DNA of 64,000 nt. Origin: Methylobacter sp. (lineage in GTDB: Bacteria; Pseudomonadota; Gammaproteobacteria; Methylococcales; Methylomonadaceae). Position 1 is the stretch's first letter. Every line of letters begins with the position of its first letter. The notes under the pieces were generated by a model. The model made no database searches and had not been told where the DNA came from. It worked only from the letters and a program-made list of their open reading frames with translations. The DNA lies in assembly GCA_030684815.1 (NCBI GenBank), contig JAUXXQ010000196.1, positions 13,930 to 77,929 on the forward strand, read 5' to 3'. Below, piece by piece: positions 36,878 through 46,864 of the stretch. Position numbers and translations under genes: made by a program.

Positions 36878-37774
36878 ATGAACATACTAATGACCGGCGG
36901 TACCGGCTTTATTGGCAGCGCATTAACTAAAGAACTGGTCAATCAAGGCCATAGCGTGACAGTGTTAAGCCGCAATCTGGATAAAGTCGCCAAGCTATGC
37001 GGCCCCGGCGTTCAGGCGCTGGGCAGCCTGAGCCTGATTAACGCAAACGACCGCTATCAGGCCATCGTCAATCTTGCCGGTGCGCCGATTGTTGGTGCGC
37101 GCTGGAGCCAGGCGCGCAAACAGGAGATCAGGGATAGCCGCATCGGCCTGACAGAACAACTGATAACCTGCATTGCGCGTATGGAAATTAAACCTGAATT
37201 ATTAATCAGCGGCTCCGCTATCGGCTATTACGGCAATCAGGGCGACACGGTATTAAGCGAACAAGCAACACCCTATGAAGACTTCTCGCAGCAGTTATGC
37301 GCCGATTGGGAAGCCGCCGCCAAACAGGCCGAGCAATTCGGCGTTAGGGTCTGCCTGATCCGGACGGGTTTGGTGATTGCCGGGGGCGGCGGTTTTTTGC
37401 AACAAATGTTGTTGCCGTTCCGTTTAGGCTTGGGTGGGCGCCTAGGTGACGGGCGGCAATGGATGTCCTGGATTCATCGTCAGGACTGGATTCATATTGC
37501 TTTGACCATGATGGCAGATGCAACAATGCACGGCGCGTATAACGCAACGGCGCCTAATCCGGTGACCAATGCCGAATTTACCCGACTATTGGCGCAATGC
37601 CTGAACCGCCCTGCCCTGTTGCCAGTCCCCGCCTTAGTGTTGAAAATGATGCTCGGCGAAATGTCGCAACTGCTGCTGGGCAGTCAGCGCGTGGTACCGG
37701 AACGCCTGCTGGCGCAAGGTTTCAAGTTTCACTATGACGACCTTGCGGCGGCGTTGCATGAAGCATTATCGTAA
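36878..37774 (+). CDS. TIGR01777-type NAD-dependent epimerase (YfcH-like)
   Basis: TGGTGFIG, VNLAGAPI...RW, SGSAIGYYG and WIHRQD. Confidence 0.9.
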   Translation: MNILMTGGTGFIGSALTKELVNQGHSVTVLSRNLDKVAKLCGPGVQALGSLSLINANDRYQAIVNLAGAPIVGARWSQARKQEIRDSRIGLTEQLITCIARMEIKPELLISGSAIGYYGNQGDTVLSEQATPYEDFSQQLCADWEAAAKQAEQFGVRVCLIRTGLVIAGGGGFLQQMLLPFRLGLGGRLGDGRQWMSWIHRQDWIHIALTMMADATMHGAYNATAPNPVTNAEFTRLLAQCLNRPALLPVPALVLKMMLGEMSQLLLGSQRVVPERLLAQGFKFHYDDLAAALHEALS

Positions 37775-37967
37775 TGCCCTATCCGCAGGCAATAGGCATC
37801 CATCTACTTGCCTATAACGGCTTTCCATTTAAAGCGGGACAAGCATGCCGAAGTAGACCTTGAAACTCTGGATACGCGAAAGCCCTACATCAACTTATAA
37901 TGTCGCCCTACAGTCTTTCAGATAAATAATTCGGCCTAAGCCAAGGCTGCCATTGCGGGGATAACGG

Positions 37968-39473
37968 ATGAATAAAATCCAACTGCTGTATGTTGAAAAT
38001 GTGGTGTCCCGAAAAAAAGCCGGGGTTGAGCAAGGCTTGATTTTTTTTATGCAGGTGCAAAATGCCGGTTACGACAAGCGTGTTGAGGTATTTTGGGCGG
38101 GCGAGGATGGCGTCTGGCAAACCCTGCCCGCAAACTATCACAGCAAACTGGGGCATGATAAAGAATACTGGCAAGCGCAGGCCAGTTTTAAGCTGAATGC
38201 CGACCAATCGCTGCCCGGCAATATTCAATTCGGTGTGCGTTATCAAGTTTCCGGGCATGAATATTGGGACAATAACCAAGGCTTGAATTATGGCAGCGAA
38301 GCCGATTCCGGCATTAACGTCATCAACACGGCACCGGTGTTAAATATCGGCTTTGCAGACCGGTTTGAAGAGGGGCAAAAAAACATTCCGGTGACGGTCG
38401 CGGTGCATAACTTCCAGCCCGGCGATAAAGTGACCTTGCACTGGACGACCGACAACTGGCGGCACAGCCAGAAAACGCCCTGCCATTTTAAAAGGGCTTA
38501 TTGGGACAAAGAGGCGCTCAGCAATGCCAGAAACCCAAACCAATACGGCCGCGCAATTTGGAAAGGCTGGCTAAAAATCGGCCAGGCTTTTCGCCTGCAA
38601 TACAGCATTTGCCTTGAGCGCAACGGCGAGTTTTTTTGGGACAATAATGACGGCAACAATTACTCGCTTAGCCACGAACCGCTAAAAGTGTTAATCCTTA
38701 ACCTGCATTGTTACCAAGAAGACCATCAGGATTATAAATTCTCGCAAATAGCCAAAGCGATTAAGGAGCTGGATGTTGACGTGGTTTGTCTGCAAGAAGT
38801 GGCCGAACTTTGGAATGACGGGGCTGGGGATTGGGCGTCCAATTCCGCCCGGATCATTAATGACCGGCTGCCGGTGCCTTATCATATCCACACCGACTGG
38901 TCGCATTTGGGTTTTGACAAGTACCGCGAAGGCGTGGCCATTTTAAGCAAATATCCGCTGCACAAACACGACGCCCGCTATGTGTCGGACAGCCATGACG
39001 TTTACAGCATACACTCGCGCAAAGTGGTCATGGCGCAAATCAAAGTGCCCCGTATCGGCCTGATTAATGTGTTTTCGGCACATTTAAGCTGGTGGGAAGA
39101 CGGTTTTGCCGGGCAATTCCAACGCTTGTGCGAATGGGCCGACGCTAAAAAATCGGCGGCGGTGACCGCAACCTTATTATGCGGCGATTTTAATATTGCT
39201 GCCGGATCGACCGGTTATCATCTGGTGGTCGATGCGCACCAATATGACGACCAGTATTTGGCCGCCAATGAGCAAGGTGTATTTGACAAAATTTTCCGGG
39301 TTAACGATCCGCATTGGCAAGATTATTTGAGCGACGATTACCGTATCGATTATATTTTTCTGGATAAAACCAGCGGATTGCAAGTCATCTCAGCGCGGGT
39401 TTTATTCACCGAACAGGATTACGGCAGCGTTTCCGACCATTGCGGTTATTTTATGGTTTTTGAGCCTAAATAA
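37968..39473 (+). CDS. Tandem CBM21-like domains fused to an EEP (exonuclease/endonuclease/phosphatase) domain
   Basis: Two modules ending YWDNNQGLNY and FWDNNDGNNY; EEP motifs LNLH, LQEV, HLSWW, GDFN, RIDYIF and SDH; no signal peptide. Confidence 0.8.
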   Translation: MNKIQLLYVENVVSRKKAGVEQGLIFFMQVQNAGYDKRVEVFWAGEDGVWQTLPANYHSKLGHDKEYWQAQASFKLNADQSLPGNIQFGVRYQVSGHEYWDNNQGLNYGSEADSGINVINTAPVLNIGFADRFEEGQKNIPVTVAVHNFQPGDKVTLHWTTDNWRHSQKTPCHFKRAYWDKEALSNARNPNQYGRAIWKGWLKIGQAFRLQYSICLERNGEFFWDNNDGNNYSLSHEPLKVLILNLHCYQEDHQDYKFSQIAKAIKELDVDVVCLQEVAELWNDGAGDWASNSARIINDRLPVPYHIHTDWSHLGFDKYREGVAILSKYPLHKHDARYVSDSHDVYSIHSRKVVMAQIKVPRIGLINVFSAHLSWWEDGFAGQFQRLCEWADAKKSAAVTATLLCGDFNIAAGSTGYHLVVDAHQYDDQYLAANEQGVFDKIFRVNDPHWQDYLSDDYRIDYIFLDKTSGLQVISARVLFTEQDYGSVSDHCGYFMVFEPK

Positions 39474-39484
39474 AATTATTAATG

Positions 39485-39571
39485 GAACACGGATTACACA
39501 GATAAGACGGATTTTAAAAAGTGATTATCCGTTTCATCCGCGTTCTATTTCCTTTGTTGCTGAGCAGTTAC
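39485..39571. repeat. AACACGGAT-family palindrome ending in GCTGAGCAGTTAC
   Basis: gaacacggattacacagat...atccgtttcatccgcgttctatttcc...gctgagcagttac. Confidence 0.7.
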
Positions 39572-39626
39572 AAAAATACTTTCACAGTCTGGTAAGGCTT
39601 CGCCCTTTCATCATGGAGATAAAAAT

Positions 39627-41219
39627 ATGCAGATAGCAGAACATTACGCCGCACCCACCCATGCCAATCTGGGCGGTTCTTTCCAGCGCGTAAATGATTT
39701 TAACGACAAATTTTATATCCGCTGGGGAAAAATAGACTTTGATGTGTTTTACGGCGTTCTGGCCAATATCAAAGTGATCATCAAAGTTTACCGCGACGAA
39801 ATCTGTGAAACCTACATTGTCGACACCGATGCCTACGATATTCAGTGGGATAGGCACAAACGCTGCACCCGGGATTTTTATATCCACCCATTTTCCAATA
39901 ATTTCGGCCACATTAACTGCATTAAATTTGCCTTTATCGTGCATCTGGATGAACGCTCGATTGCCTCGCAAAACGAATATATCTTTATGGACTGGCAGCA
40001 ACTGCAAGGCGACCAGCCGCAGTACCGGCGCATTACCGGCGACTGGGCGACAGCAAACCCTTATCGCGCCTACGAGTTAAATGCTGACGAATTGCAGAGC
40101 GATGCGGATTGGTACAACCACCATTTTGACGCCTTGCAGCTGGTGCCCAAGTTCACCAAAGGCCAGCAGTTCCACCCCTTTCATCCCAAGCGTTATATAC
40201 ACGACCTGATCGACAAGGTTATCCGCAGCAAACACGAAAATCCAGGCCGTTTATGCACGATAAAGGTCAGCGTCGATTGCATTGACGATCATGATTTCAT
40301 TACCCATTTGCTGAACGCCAGCGATCAGGGGGTTTTGGTGCAATGTATCGTCGACTGGCGAAAAATGACCTTGACCAACAGCCAAAATTATGCGCGCCTC
40401 AAGCGTTCACGGATTGAATTGGTCGGCGTGTTTTGCAGCCCCAAGCATCACTTGATTGAAGTGGAGCCGGATATGCACACCAAGTTCATCATTTTCAATG
40501 ACGAAGACAGCATTCTGGGCTCATTTAACATCACTTTCGACCGCTGGTGGGCCAACTGGGAATCGGGGATGACCTTCCATTCCAAAGGCATCTGCCGCCT
40601 GCTGGACAACATTTTTCAAAGCCAGCGCGGCGGCGTTATCCAAAAATACGGCATTGACCCATTAAGCCATTTCAACCTGCTCTACACCTTTGGCCGCCAC
40701 GTCATGCTGAACGGCCAGCCGTACCGGCCGCATCACGCCATTTTGGCCGAGATTAACCGCGCCCGGCATTCGATTAAGCTGTCGATATTCCTGATTGGCG
40801 ATTTGCTCGGCGACCATCACGACAGCGTCGTCAACGCGCTGATCAATGCCAAAAACCGGGGCGTTTATGTGCATATCCTGCTGAACGGGCATTTGGCCCG
40901 GCAAGGGCGTGTCGGCGTAGAACGTTCCATGCACGATGAACTCAACCGCCCGCTGCTGCCGACGGTCGAACGCTTAAAACATGCCGGTATCCCGATAGGC
41001 CTGGTTTACGGCCAGGACGACCATCCGGTGCCTTATTCGCCGATACATTCCAAATACTGCATTATCGACGATTATATTGTCATCGAAGGCAGTTTTAACT
41101 GGTACAACACCTCGGTTTTTTCCCATGATTTATTGGTTATCGCGGCCAACCACGACGTGGCGCAACCTTATTTGTACGAGTTTGAACAAATACAGCACTC
41201 ATTCAGGGTGTACTATTGA
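39627..41219 (+). CDS. Phospholipase D superfamily protein with two HKD-type motifs and an uncharacterised N-terminal domain
   Basis: HTKFIIFN...GSFN...NWE and HSKYCIID...GSFNW; no TM segment or signal peptide seen. Confidence 0.8.
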   Translation: MQIAEHYAAPTHANLGGSFQRVNDFNDKFYIRWGKIDFDVFYGVLANIKVIIKVYRDEICETYIVDTDAYDIQWDRHKRCTRDFYIHPFSNNFGHINCIKFAFIVHLDERSIASQNEYIFMDWQQLQGDQPQYRRITGDWATANPYRAYELNADELQSDADWYNHHFDALQLVPKFTKGQQFHPFHPKRYIHDLIDKVIRSKHENPGRLCTIKVSVDCIDDHDFITHLLNASDQGVLVQCIVDWRKMTLTNSQNYARLKRSRIELVGVFCSPKHHLIEVEPDMHTKFIIFNDEDSILGSFNITFDRWWANWESGMTFHSKGICRLLDNIFQSQRGGVIQKYGIDPLSHFNLLYTFGRHVMLNGQPYRPHHAILAEINRARHSIKLSIFLIGDLLGDHHDSVVNALINAKNRGVYVHILLNGHLARQGRVGVERSMHDELNRPLLPTVERLKHAGIPIGLVYGQDDHPVPYSPIHSKYCIIDDYIVIEGSFNWYNTSVFSHDLLVIAANHDVAQPYLYEFEQIQHSFRVYY

Positions 41220-41313
41220 AACTGGCGGCATAACACACGGATTGAAAAACGTACAACACGCTTTAACCCGATGTTCAAGTTTTTAGTTAAACTAAAAACT
41301 TGAACATCGGGTA

Positions 41314-42645
41314 TCAGTGTTTGATTAACTGGTTAATCGCCGCCACATCCTGAACATTAACCACGCTGGCCGATTGTTTTAATTTAAGCCCATTAATCAA
41401 ATAATCGTAGCGGGCACGGGCATAATTACGCTTGGCTTCATACAAATCGCTTTGATTTTTTAACACATCAACCATCGTGCGCGTACCTACTTCAAGCCCC
41501 GCTTCAGTCGCTTCCAGGGCATTTTGCATGGAGGTCACCGACGCTTGCAAGGCGTTAACCTGGCCGATGCTGGAGATCACGCCGCGATAAGCATCTTTAA
41601 CCTGCCGATCCACCGCCCGCCGAACCCCATTAAGCTTTTCTTTTGCTTGAACATAACGATACTGCGCTTGCCGGGTGCGCGAATTGACCATGCCCCCGGC
41701 AAACAGCGGCAAATTGAGCTGAACGCCAATACGCTCCTGATCGCCGCGCAAACCAAAGGAGCTATTGTTGTCGGTTAGCGTGTAAGCGCCGACAATATCA
41801 ACCGTCGGATAATGCCCGCTCTGTTGCAATTCAATCGCTTTACGCGACACTTCGGCATCATTAAGCGCGGCCAACACTTTTAAATTCTGATTTTCGGCAA
41901 TTTTGCCCCATTCATCCGAATTATTAGGTTCCGGGCTGTTTAACGGCAAATGTGCATTCAAAGCCAACAAATTAAACTCAACCGGGCCGATAATTTCACG
42001 TAAACGCTCTTTGTTATTATCCAACTCATTTTGCATTCTGATCAGATCGGCCACCGCCTTGTCAAAAGCCGCCCTGGCCTCATAAACATCGGTCATCGCA
42101 ATCAAACCTACATTAAAACGTTGTTCCGCTTGCTCTAATTGCTGCTCAATCGCCTCTTTCTCTGCTTGGGTAAATGCGAGGCTTTCTTCCGCTGCCAGAA
42201 TATTGAAATAAGCCTCCGACACCCGCACCATCAAACTTTGCACCTCGTCCTGATAAAGGGCTTCAGCCTGGGCAATTTGATTATCAGCCTGCGTCAATTC
42301 AACCCAATAATCCCAATGAAAAACCGGTTGCGTCAGATTGAGGGTAAAACCATTGTCCCAATATTCTTGAGTGCCGGCCCCTTGAAAAGTAGGCCGGCTT
42401 TTAGTGTTCGTTAAACGGTTCCAGGCGCTATTGGCGCTCAAACCTAAAGTCGGCAATAACTTAGCAATGGCTTGGTCTTCGTTTTCACCAATAGCCATCC
42501 GGTTAGCTTCCGCTTGTTTAAGCACGGTGTCGCTTTCCAGCGCCAATTGATAAATTTGCACCAAGTCTTGGGCGTACACTGAGGTGTGCCAAAATCCCAA
42601 CAACATCCCAAGCAAAAAAACCAACATGTATTTTGTTTTCATCAT
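41314..42645 (-). CDS. tolC: TolC-family outer membrane channel
   Basis: Signal peptide then QDLVQIYQLA, LTQPVF, SGHYPTVD and GTRTMVDVL. Confidence 0.9.
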   Translation of the reverse strand: MMKTKYMLVFLLGMLLGFWHTSVYAQDLVQIYQLALESDTVLKQAEANRMAIGENEDQAIAKLLPTLGLSANSAWNRLTNTKSRPTFQGAGTQEYWDNGFTLNLTQPVFHWDYWVELTQADNQIAQAEALYQDEVQSLMVRVSEAYFNILAAEESLAFTQAEKEAIEQQLEQAEQRFNVGLIAMTDVYEARAAFDKAVADLIRMQNELDNNKERLREIIGPVEFNLLALNAHLPLNSPEPNNSDEWGKIAENQNLKVLAALNDAEVSRKAIELQQSGHYPTVDIVGAYTLTDNNSSFGLRGDQERIGVQLNLPLFAGGMVNSRTRQAQYRYVQAKEKLNGVRRAVDRQVKDAYRGVISSIGQVNALQASVTSMQNALEATEAGLEVGTRTMVDVLKNQSDLYEAKRNYARARYDYLINGLKLKQSASVVNVQDVAAINQLIKH

Positions 42646-42705
42646 TTTTTATTAATTAGAGCTACAGATTAAACAGATTTTTATCGTTACCGCTCGCCGC
42701 TTAAC

Positions 42706-44256
42706 TCAAACATCCGTGCTGACAGCCAAGCGCTTTAGCAAGCGGTGGAAATTGCCCCGATCCAGCCCCAGCGACCGTGCTGTTGCCGCCATATTACCCT
42801 GCTGCGCGGCCAATTGCTGCCGAATCAGTTGACGCTGAAACTCATCTACCGCCTGTTTGAAATCAATGGGTGCAGTCGGTTCCGCTAATAATGCGGCCGC
42901 ACTGTTAATGTCAGTCGGGGGCAACGGCTCCGGCACTATATCGAGATAAGACAAAGAAATGGTGATGAAATCGGCCTGCCGGTTGGCGCGGGTTGCCGAT
43001 TTTAGCGCCGCCCGGCTCAGCAAATGTTCCAGTTCGCGGATATTGCCCGGCCAGTGATAAGACAACAAGGCTTGTTTGGCGGCTTGATCCAGACGCAGTT
43101 TTTTAATGCCCAGACGTTGCTGGTTTTTTTCCAGAAAAGCCCCGGCCAGCAATAACACATCTTTGCCGCGTTCGCGTAAGGCCGACACCTGCATCGGATA
43201 AACCGCCAGACGATGGTAAAGGTCGGGGCGAAACAGACCGGCCGCCACTTCCTGTTGCAGGTTGCGGTTGGTGGCGGCAATAACCCGCACATCGACCTTG
43301 ATTTGCCGGTCGCTGCCGACGCGGTGTATTTCGCCATTTTGCAAGGTGCGCAATAATTTGGCCTGAATCGACAGCGGCAATTCGCCGATTTCATCGAGAA
43401 AAATGGTGCCGCCGTCAGCCAGTTCAAATTTGCCCGCCCGGTCGCTAATGGCGCCGGAAAAGGCGCCCTTAACATGGCCGAACAGCTCGCTCTCGGCAAT
43501 GCTTTCCGGCATCGCCGCGCAATTGACATACACCATCACCTGATCGGCGCGGTTCGATTCCAGATGGATGCGCCGGGCGACCAGTTCCTTGCCCACGCCG
43601 GTTTCGCCCAAAATTAACACCGCCAATTCCGAAGGCGCAACGATGGAAATTTCACTGCGCAATTTACGCATACAGTCGCTGTCGCCGATCATGTCTTGGT
43701 CGGTGTTTTCCTGAAACACGGTTTGGGTGGCATAACGTACCCGCTGCTCCAGCGATGCTATCAGCCCCGCCGCTTTGACCGTCGCCGCCGTCAGGCTGAT
43801 AAAAGTGTTCAGCTGCATCGGGTCGATATTGTCGAACGAGCCGGGCGTCAGCGCATCCAGTGTTAAAACGCCCCACGGCTTACCGTCGATAAACAGCGTC
43901 GCGCCCATGCAATCATGCACCAGCAGCTGTTCGCTTTCCGATTCAACCAAACCATCGTAAGGATCGGGCAGCTCGCAATCGGCGGCAAAACGCACCGATT
44001 GCTCGGAAGCCAAAATCTGCGCCAGACGCGGATGTTCACTGACCTTAAAACGCCGCCCCAGCGTGTCTTCCGATAAGCCGTTAACCGCCAGCGGCAGCAG
44101 ATAGGGGCTTTCAAGTTTGAGCAACGCCGAGGCGTTACACGGAAAAATACGGCACAAATGTTCCAGTAAACGTTGGTAACGCTGCGCTGTGGTCATCTGC
44201 GTAGACAGATCGGCAACAATAGCGATTAAGGCCGTAAAAAATAGATTTGTTGTCAT
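42706..44256 (-). CDS. norR: NO-responsive sigma54 activator NorR (GAF-AAA+-HTH)
   Basis: GAF motifs PDPYDGL, HDCMG and LTLD; [21 protein letters not shown] and FLDEIGELP; likely start at 44256. Confidence 0.9.
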   Translation of the reverse strand: MTTNLFFTALIAIVADLSTQMTTAQRYQRLLEHLCRIFPCNASALLKLESPYLLPLAVNGLSEDTLGRRFKVSEHPRLAQILASEQSVRFAADCELPDPYDGLVESESEQLLVHDCMGATLFIDGKPWGVLTLDALTPGSFDNIDPMQLNTFISLTAATVKAAGLIASLEQRVRYATQTVFQENTDQDMIGDSDCMRKLRSEISIVAPSELAVLILGETGVGKELVARRIHLESNRADQVMVYVNCAAMPESIAESELFGHVKGAFSGAISDRAGKFELADGGTIFLDEIGELPLSIQAKLLRTLQNGEIHRVGSDRQIKVDVRVIAATNRNLQQEVAAGLFRPDLYHRLAVYPMQVSALRERGKDVLLLAGAFLEKNQQRLGIKKLRLDQAAKQALLSYHWPGNIRELEHLLSRAALKSATRANRQADFITISLSYLDIVPEPLPPTDINSAAALLAEPTAPIDFKQAVDEFQRQLIRQQLAAQQGNMAATARSLGLDRGNFHRLLKRLAVSTDV

Positions 44257-44306
44257 AAGGATAACGCTGTTGTTAATTTGACAGCTTTTATTGATGTTAA
44301 TTGCAC
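44252..44306. promoter_or_regulatory. NorR binding sites (GT-N7-AC)
   Basis: GTTAATTTGAC 44272-82, GTTAATTGCAC 44296-306 and near-match GTCATAAGGAT 44252-62. Confidence 0.75.
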
Positions 44307-44348
44307 AACGATACCTGGGTGAAAGCAGTAAACACAAGGCTTTTTTCT

Positions 44349-44364
44349 TGGCATGGTAAATGCT
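44349..44364 (+). promoter_or_regulatory. sigma54 -24/-12 promoter for hcp
   Basis: TGGCATGGTAAATGCT with GG at 44350-51, N10, and GC at 44362-63. Confidence 0.8.
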
Positions 44365-44430
44365 GTTGTCTGGAAGTTGGGGAAAATCCAAGCCCCTCAC
44401 TTTCTTTTCAATCTCAAGGAGACTTATCTG

Positions 44431-46098
44431 ATGTTTTGTTACCAATGCGAACAAACCGACCGCACCAATGCCGACAGCGGTTGCGCAACCGCCAAAGGCA
44501 TGTGCGGCAAAGATGCGACCACGTCCGATTTACAAGATGTATTAATACACGCCGTTAAAGGCATTGCCCAATACACCAAGCGCGCCCGTGCGCTGAATGT
44601 GCCGGATAATGCCGCCGATGAATTTGTGCTGTACGCGATGTTCACCACCTTGACCAACGTCAATTTCAACGCCACCCGTTTTGTGGCCTTGATTCAGGAA
44701 GCCGCGCAAATACGCGACCGGGTTAAAGCCAGCTATCTTGCCGCTGCACAAACCGCCGGTATTACAGCGGAAGAATTGGACGGGCCTGCCGCTTGGCAAC
44801 CGGCTGCCGATATGGACGGCATGTTGAAACAAGCCGCCGATGTCAGCATTAATGCCGACCTTGATAAAGTGGGCGCGGACATTATCGGCTTGCGTTCTTT
44901 GGTGTTGTACGGTCTTAAAGGCGTTTGTGCTTACGCGCATCATGCTTATGTATTGGGCGGCGAAAGCGCGTCGATTTATGCCGGCATTGAAGAAGCGCTG
45001 GATTTTCTCAGCACCGATCCTACCGATGTCGATGCCTTGTTGAATCAGGCTATGGCGTTGGGCACGATAAACCTTGAAGTGATGGCCTTATTAGATAAAG
45101 TCAATAACGGCACTTTTGGCGCGCAACAGCCCACGCAAGTGCGCACCACGCCGATTAAAGGCAAGGCCATTTTGGTCTCCGGCCATGATTTGGGCGATTT
45201 GGCGGCTTTACTGGAGCAAACCAAAGACACCGGCATCAACATTTACACCCACGGCGAAATGTTACCCGCGCACGCTTATCCAAAATTGAAAGCTTACCCG
45301 CATTTGGCCGGTAATTACGGCGGCGCTTGGCAGGATCAACAAAAAGAATTTGCCGAATTCCCCGGCGCTATTTTGATGACCTCGAACTGCATCATTGAGC
45401 CTCAAGCGCAATACCGTCAGCGCATTTTTACCGCCGGCCCAGTTGGTTGGCCCGGTGTACGTCATGTCAGTGACAAAAATTTTGCGCCGTTAATTCAGGC
45501 GGCTCAAGCCTTGCCCGGCTTTAAAGAAGATGGCGCGGAAAAATTCGTCACCGTCGGTTTCGGCCATGAGGCGGTGTTGGGCGTGGCCGATAAAGTCATC
45601 GATGCAGTCAAAACCGGCGCCATCAAACATTTCTTCCTAGTCGGCGGCTGTGACGGCGCGGCATCGGGGCGTAATTATTACACCGAGTTCGCCGAACAAG
45701 CGCCGCAAGACACCGTAGTGATGACACTCGGTTGCGCCAAATACCGTTTCAATCAGCATGAATTCGGCGACATCGGCGGCATTCCGCGCCTGCTGGATTT
45801 AGGCCAATGCAACGACAGCTATTCCGCGATCAAAATTGCCACCGCGCTGGCCGGTGCTTTTGAATGCGGCGTCAACGAACTGCCGTTATCGCTGGTCGTG
45901 TCCTGGTTTGAGCAAAAAGCCGCCGCCGTGCTGCTGACCTTATTATCTCTGGGAATCCGCAATATCCGCTTAGGGCCGACATTGCCTGCGTTCCTGACGC
46001 CAAATCTGGTGCAAGTGCTGGTAGATAAGTTTGGCTTGTTGCCGATTACCACCGCAGAAGCCGATATTGAAGCCTCGTTAAACCGCAAAGCTGCTTAA
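44431..46098 (+). CDS. hcp: Hybrid cluster protein (hydroxylamine/NO reductase), class II spacing
   Basis: MFCYQCEQT with C-X2-C-X11-C-X6-C; [23 protein letters not shown] and DLGQCNDSY; AAGGAG RBS before 44431. Confidence 0.95.
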   Translation: MFCYQCEQTDRTNADSGCATAKGMCGKDATTSDLQDVLIHAVKGIAQYTKRARALNVPDNAADEFVLYAMFTTLTNVNFNATRFVALIQEAAQIRDRVKASYLAAAQTAGITAEELDGPAAWQPAADMDGMLKQAADVSINADLDKVGADIIGLRSLVLYGLKGVCAYAHHAYVLGGESASIYAGIEEALDFLSTDPTDVDALLNQAMALGTINLEVMALLDKVNNGTFGAQQPTQVRTTPIKGKAILVSGHDLGDLAALLEQTKDTGINIYTHGEMLPAHAYPKLKAYPHLAGNYGGAWQDQQKEFAEFPGAILMTSNCIIEPQAQYRQRIFTAGPVGWPGVRHVSDKNFAPLIQAAQALPGFKEDGAEKFVTVGFGHEAVLGVADKVIDAVKTGAIKHFFLVGGCDGAASGRNYYTEFAEQAPQDTVVMTLGCAKYRFNQHEFGDIGGIPRLLDLGQCNDSYSAIKIATALAGAFECGVNELPLSLVVSWFEQKAAAVLLTLLSLGIRNIRLGPTLPAFLTPNLVQVLVDKFGLLPITTAEADIEASLNRKAA

Positions 46099-46186
46099 TC
46101 CGATACAGATCAAGCTAAGAGCTGAAACGACAAAGGGTAGAAAAATAGAGTCCACGAAAATCACGAAAGACACGAACAAATCAGTA

Positions 46187-46283
46187 GTAGGCAAGCCTAT
46201 TTTTACATTGGAGTCCAATAGCTTTAGCTATTGGCGGTAAAACAGCTAAAGCTGTTTTACTCCCAACTTGTTTGTTAAGAAAC
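46187..46283 (+). mobile_element. Family A repeat, copy 3 (3'-truncated)
   Basis: Matches 46506-46604 and stops at ...gttaagaaac, where the hcp duplicate begins. Confidence 0.8.
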
Positions 46284-46404
46284 GAAGCCGATATTAAAGC
46301 CTCGTTAACCCGCAAAGCCGCTTAATTCGATACGAATCAAGCCAAGAGCTGAAACGACAAAGGGTAGAAAAATAGAGTCCACGAAAATCACGAACAAATC
46401 AGTA
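46284..46404 (+). repeat. Diverged direct duplication of the hcp 3' end and downstream sequence (first copy 46057-46186)
   Basis: gaagccgatatt(g/a)aagcctcgtta...gctgaaacgacaaagggtagaaaaatagagtccacgaaaatcacgaa occurs twice. Confidence 0.85.
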
Positions 46405-46505
46405 AGGAACGTGCATGTTTTAACTTGAGCAAGTTTTCATTTGAACAGCACGGTACTAAAGGAATCAGTGTTTCAAGTTGCTCAAGTTATTTCGTGCACG
46501 TTCCT
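46405..46505. repeat. 101-bp long imperfect palindrome (AGGAACGTGCA terminal inverted repeats)
   Basis: aggaacgtgca...aacttgagcaa...ttgctcaagtt...tgcacgttcct. Confidence 0.75.
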
Positions 46506-46620
46506 AAGTAGGCAAGCCTATTTTTACATTGGAGTCCAATAGCTTTAGCTATTGGCGGTAAAACAGCTAAAGCTGTTTTACTCCCAACTTGTTTGTTAAG
46601 AAACTTTTGAATGACTACTT
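46506..46620 (+). mobile_element. Family A repeat, copy 4
   Basis: aagtaggcaagcc...gaatgactactt. Confidence 0.85.
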
Positions 46621-46864
46621 ACCTTCAGTTGATTTAGCCATCCCCCCGCTGGATAAGCGGTCTACAGTTCGGTATCTAATTGAAAATTTTCGTGATTTTT
46701 GTGTTTTTCGTGGACAAAATGATTTTTCTAAGATGAAGGAAGCCAATACCACAACATCTTTAAGCCCTTCATGATCTTCGTGGTAAAAGATAACACTATC
46801 CCCCACTCAGTTGCCGGACGCTTAGCCGCGTTTCCGGCAACATTTTTTTCAGAGCTAACACCAC

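Noticed and set aside
44257-44454. ORF-track N-terminal extensions of norR and hcp (also of cspA, sga, mtkA, mcl, tadG, DUF1826 and the COG0523 gene)
   Set aside because: They overlap promoter elements or neighbouring genes; downstream starts have RBSs and family-typical N-termini.
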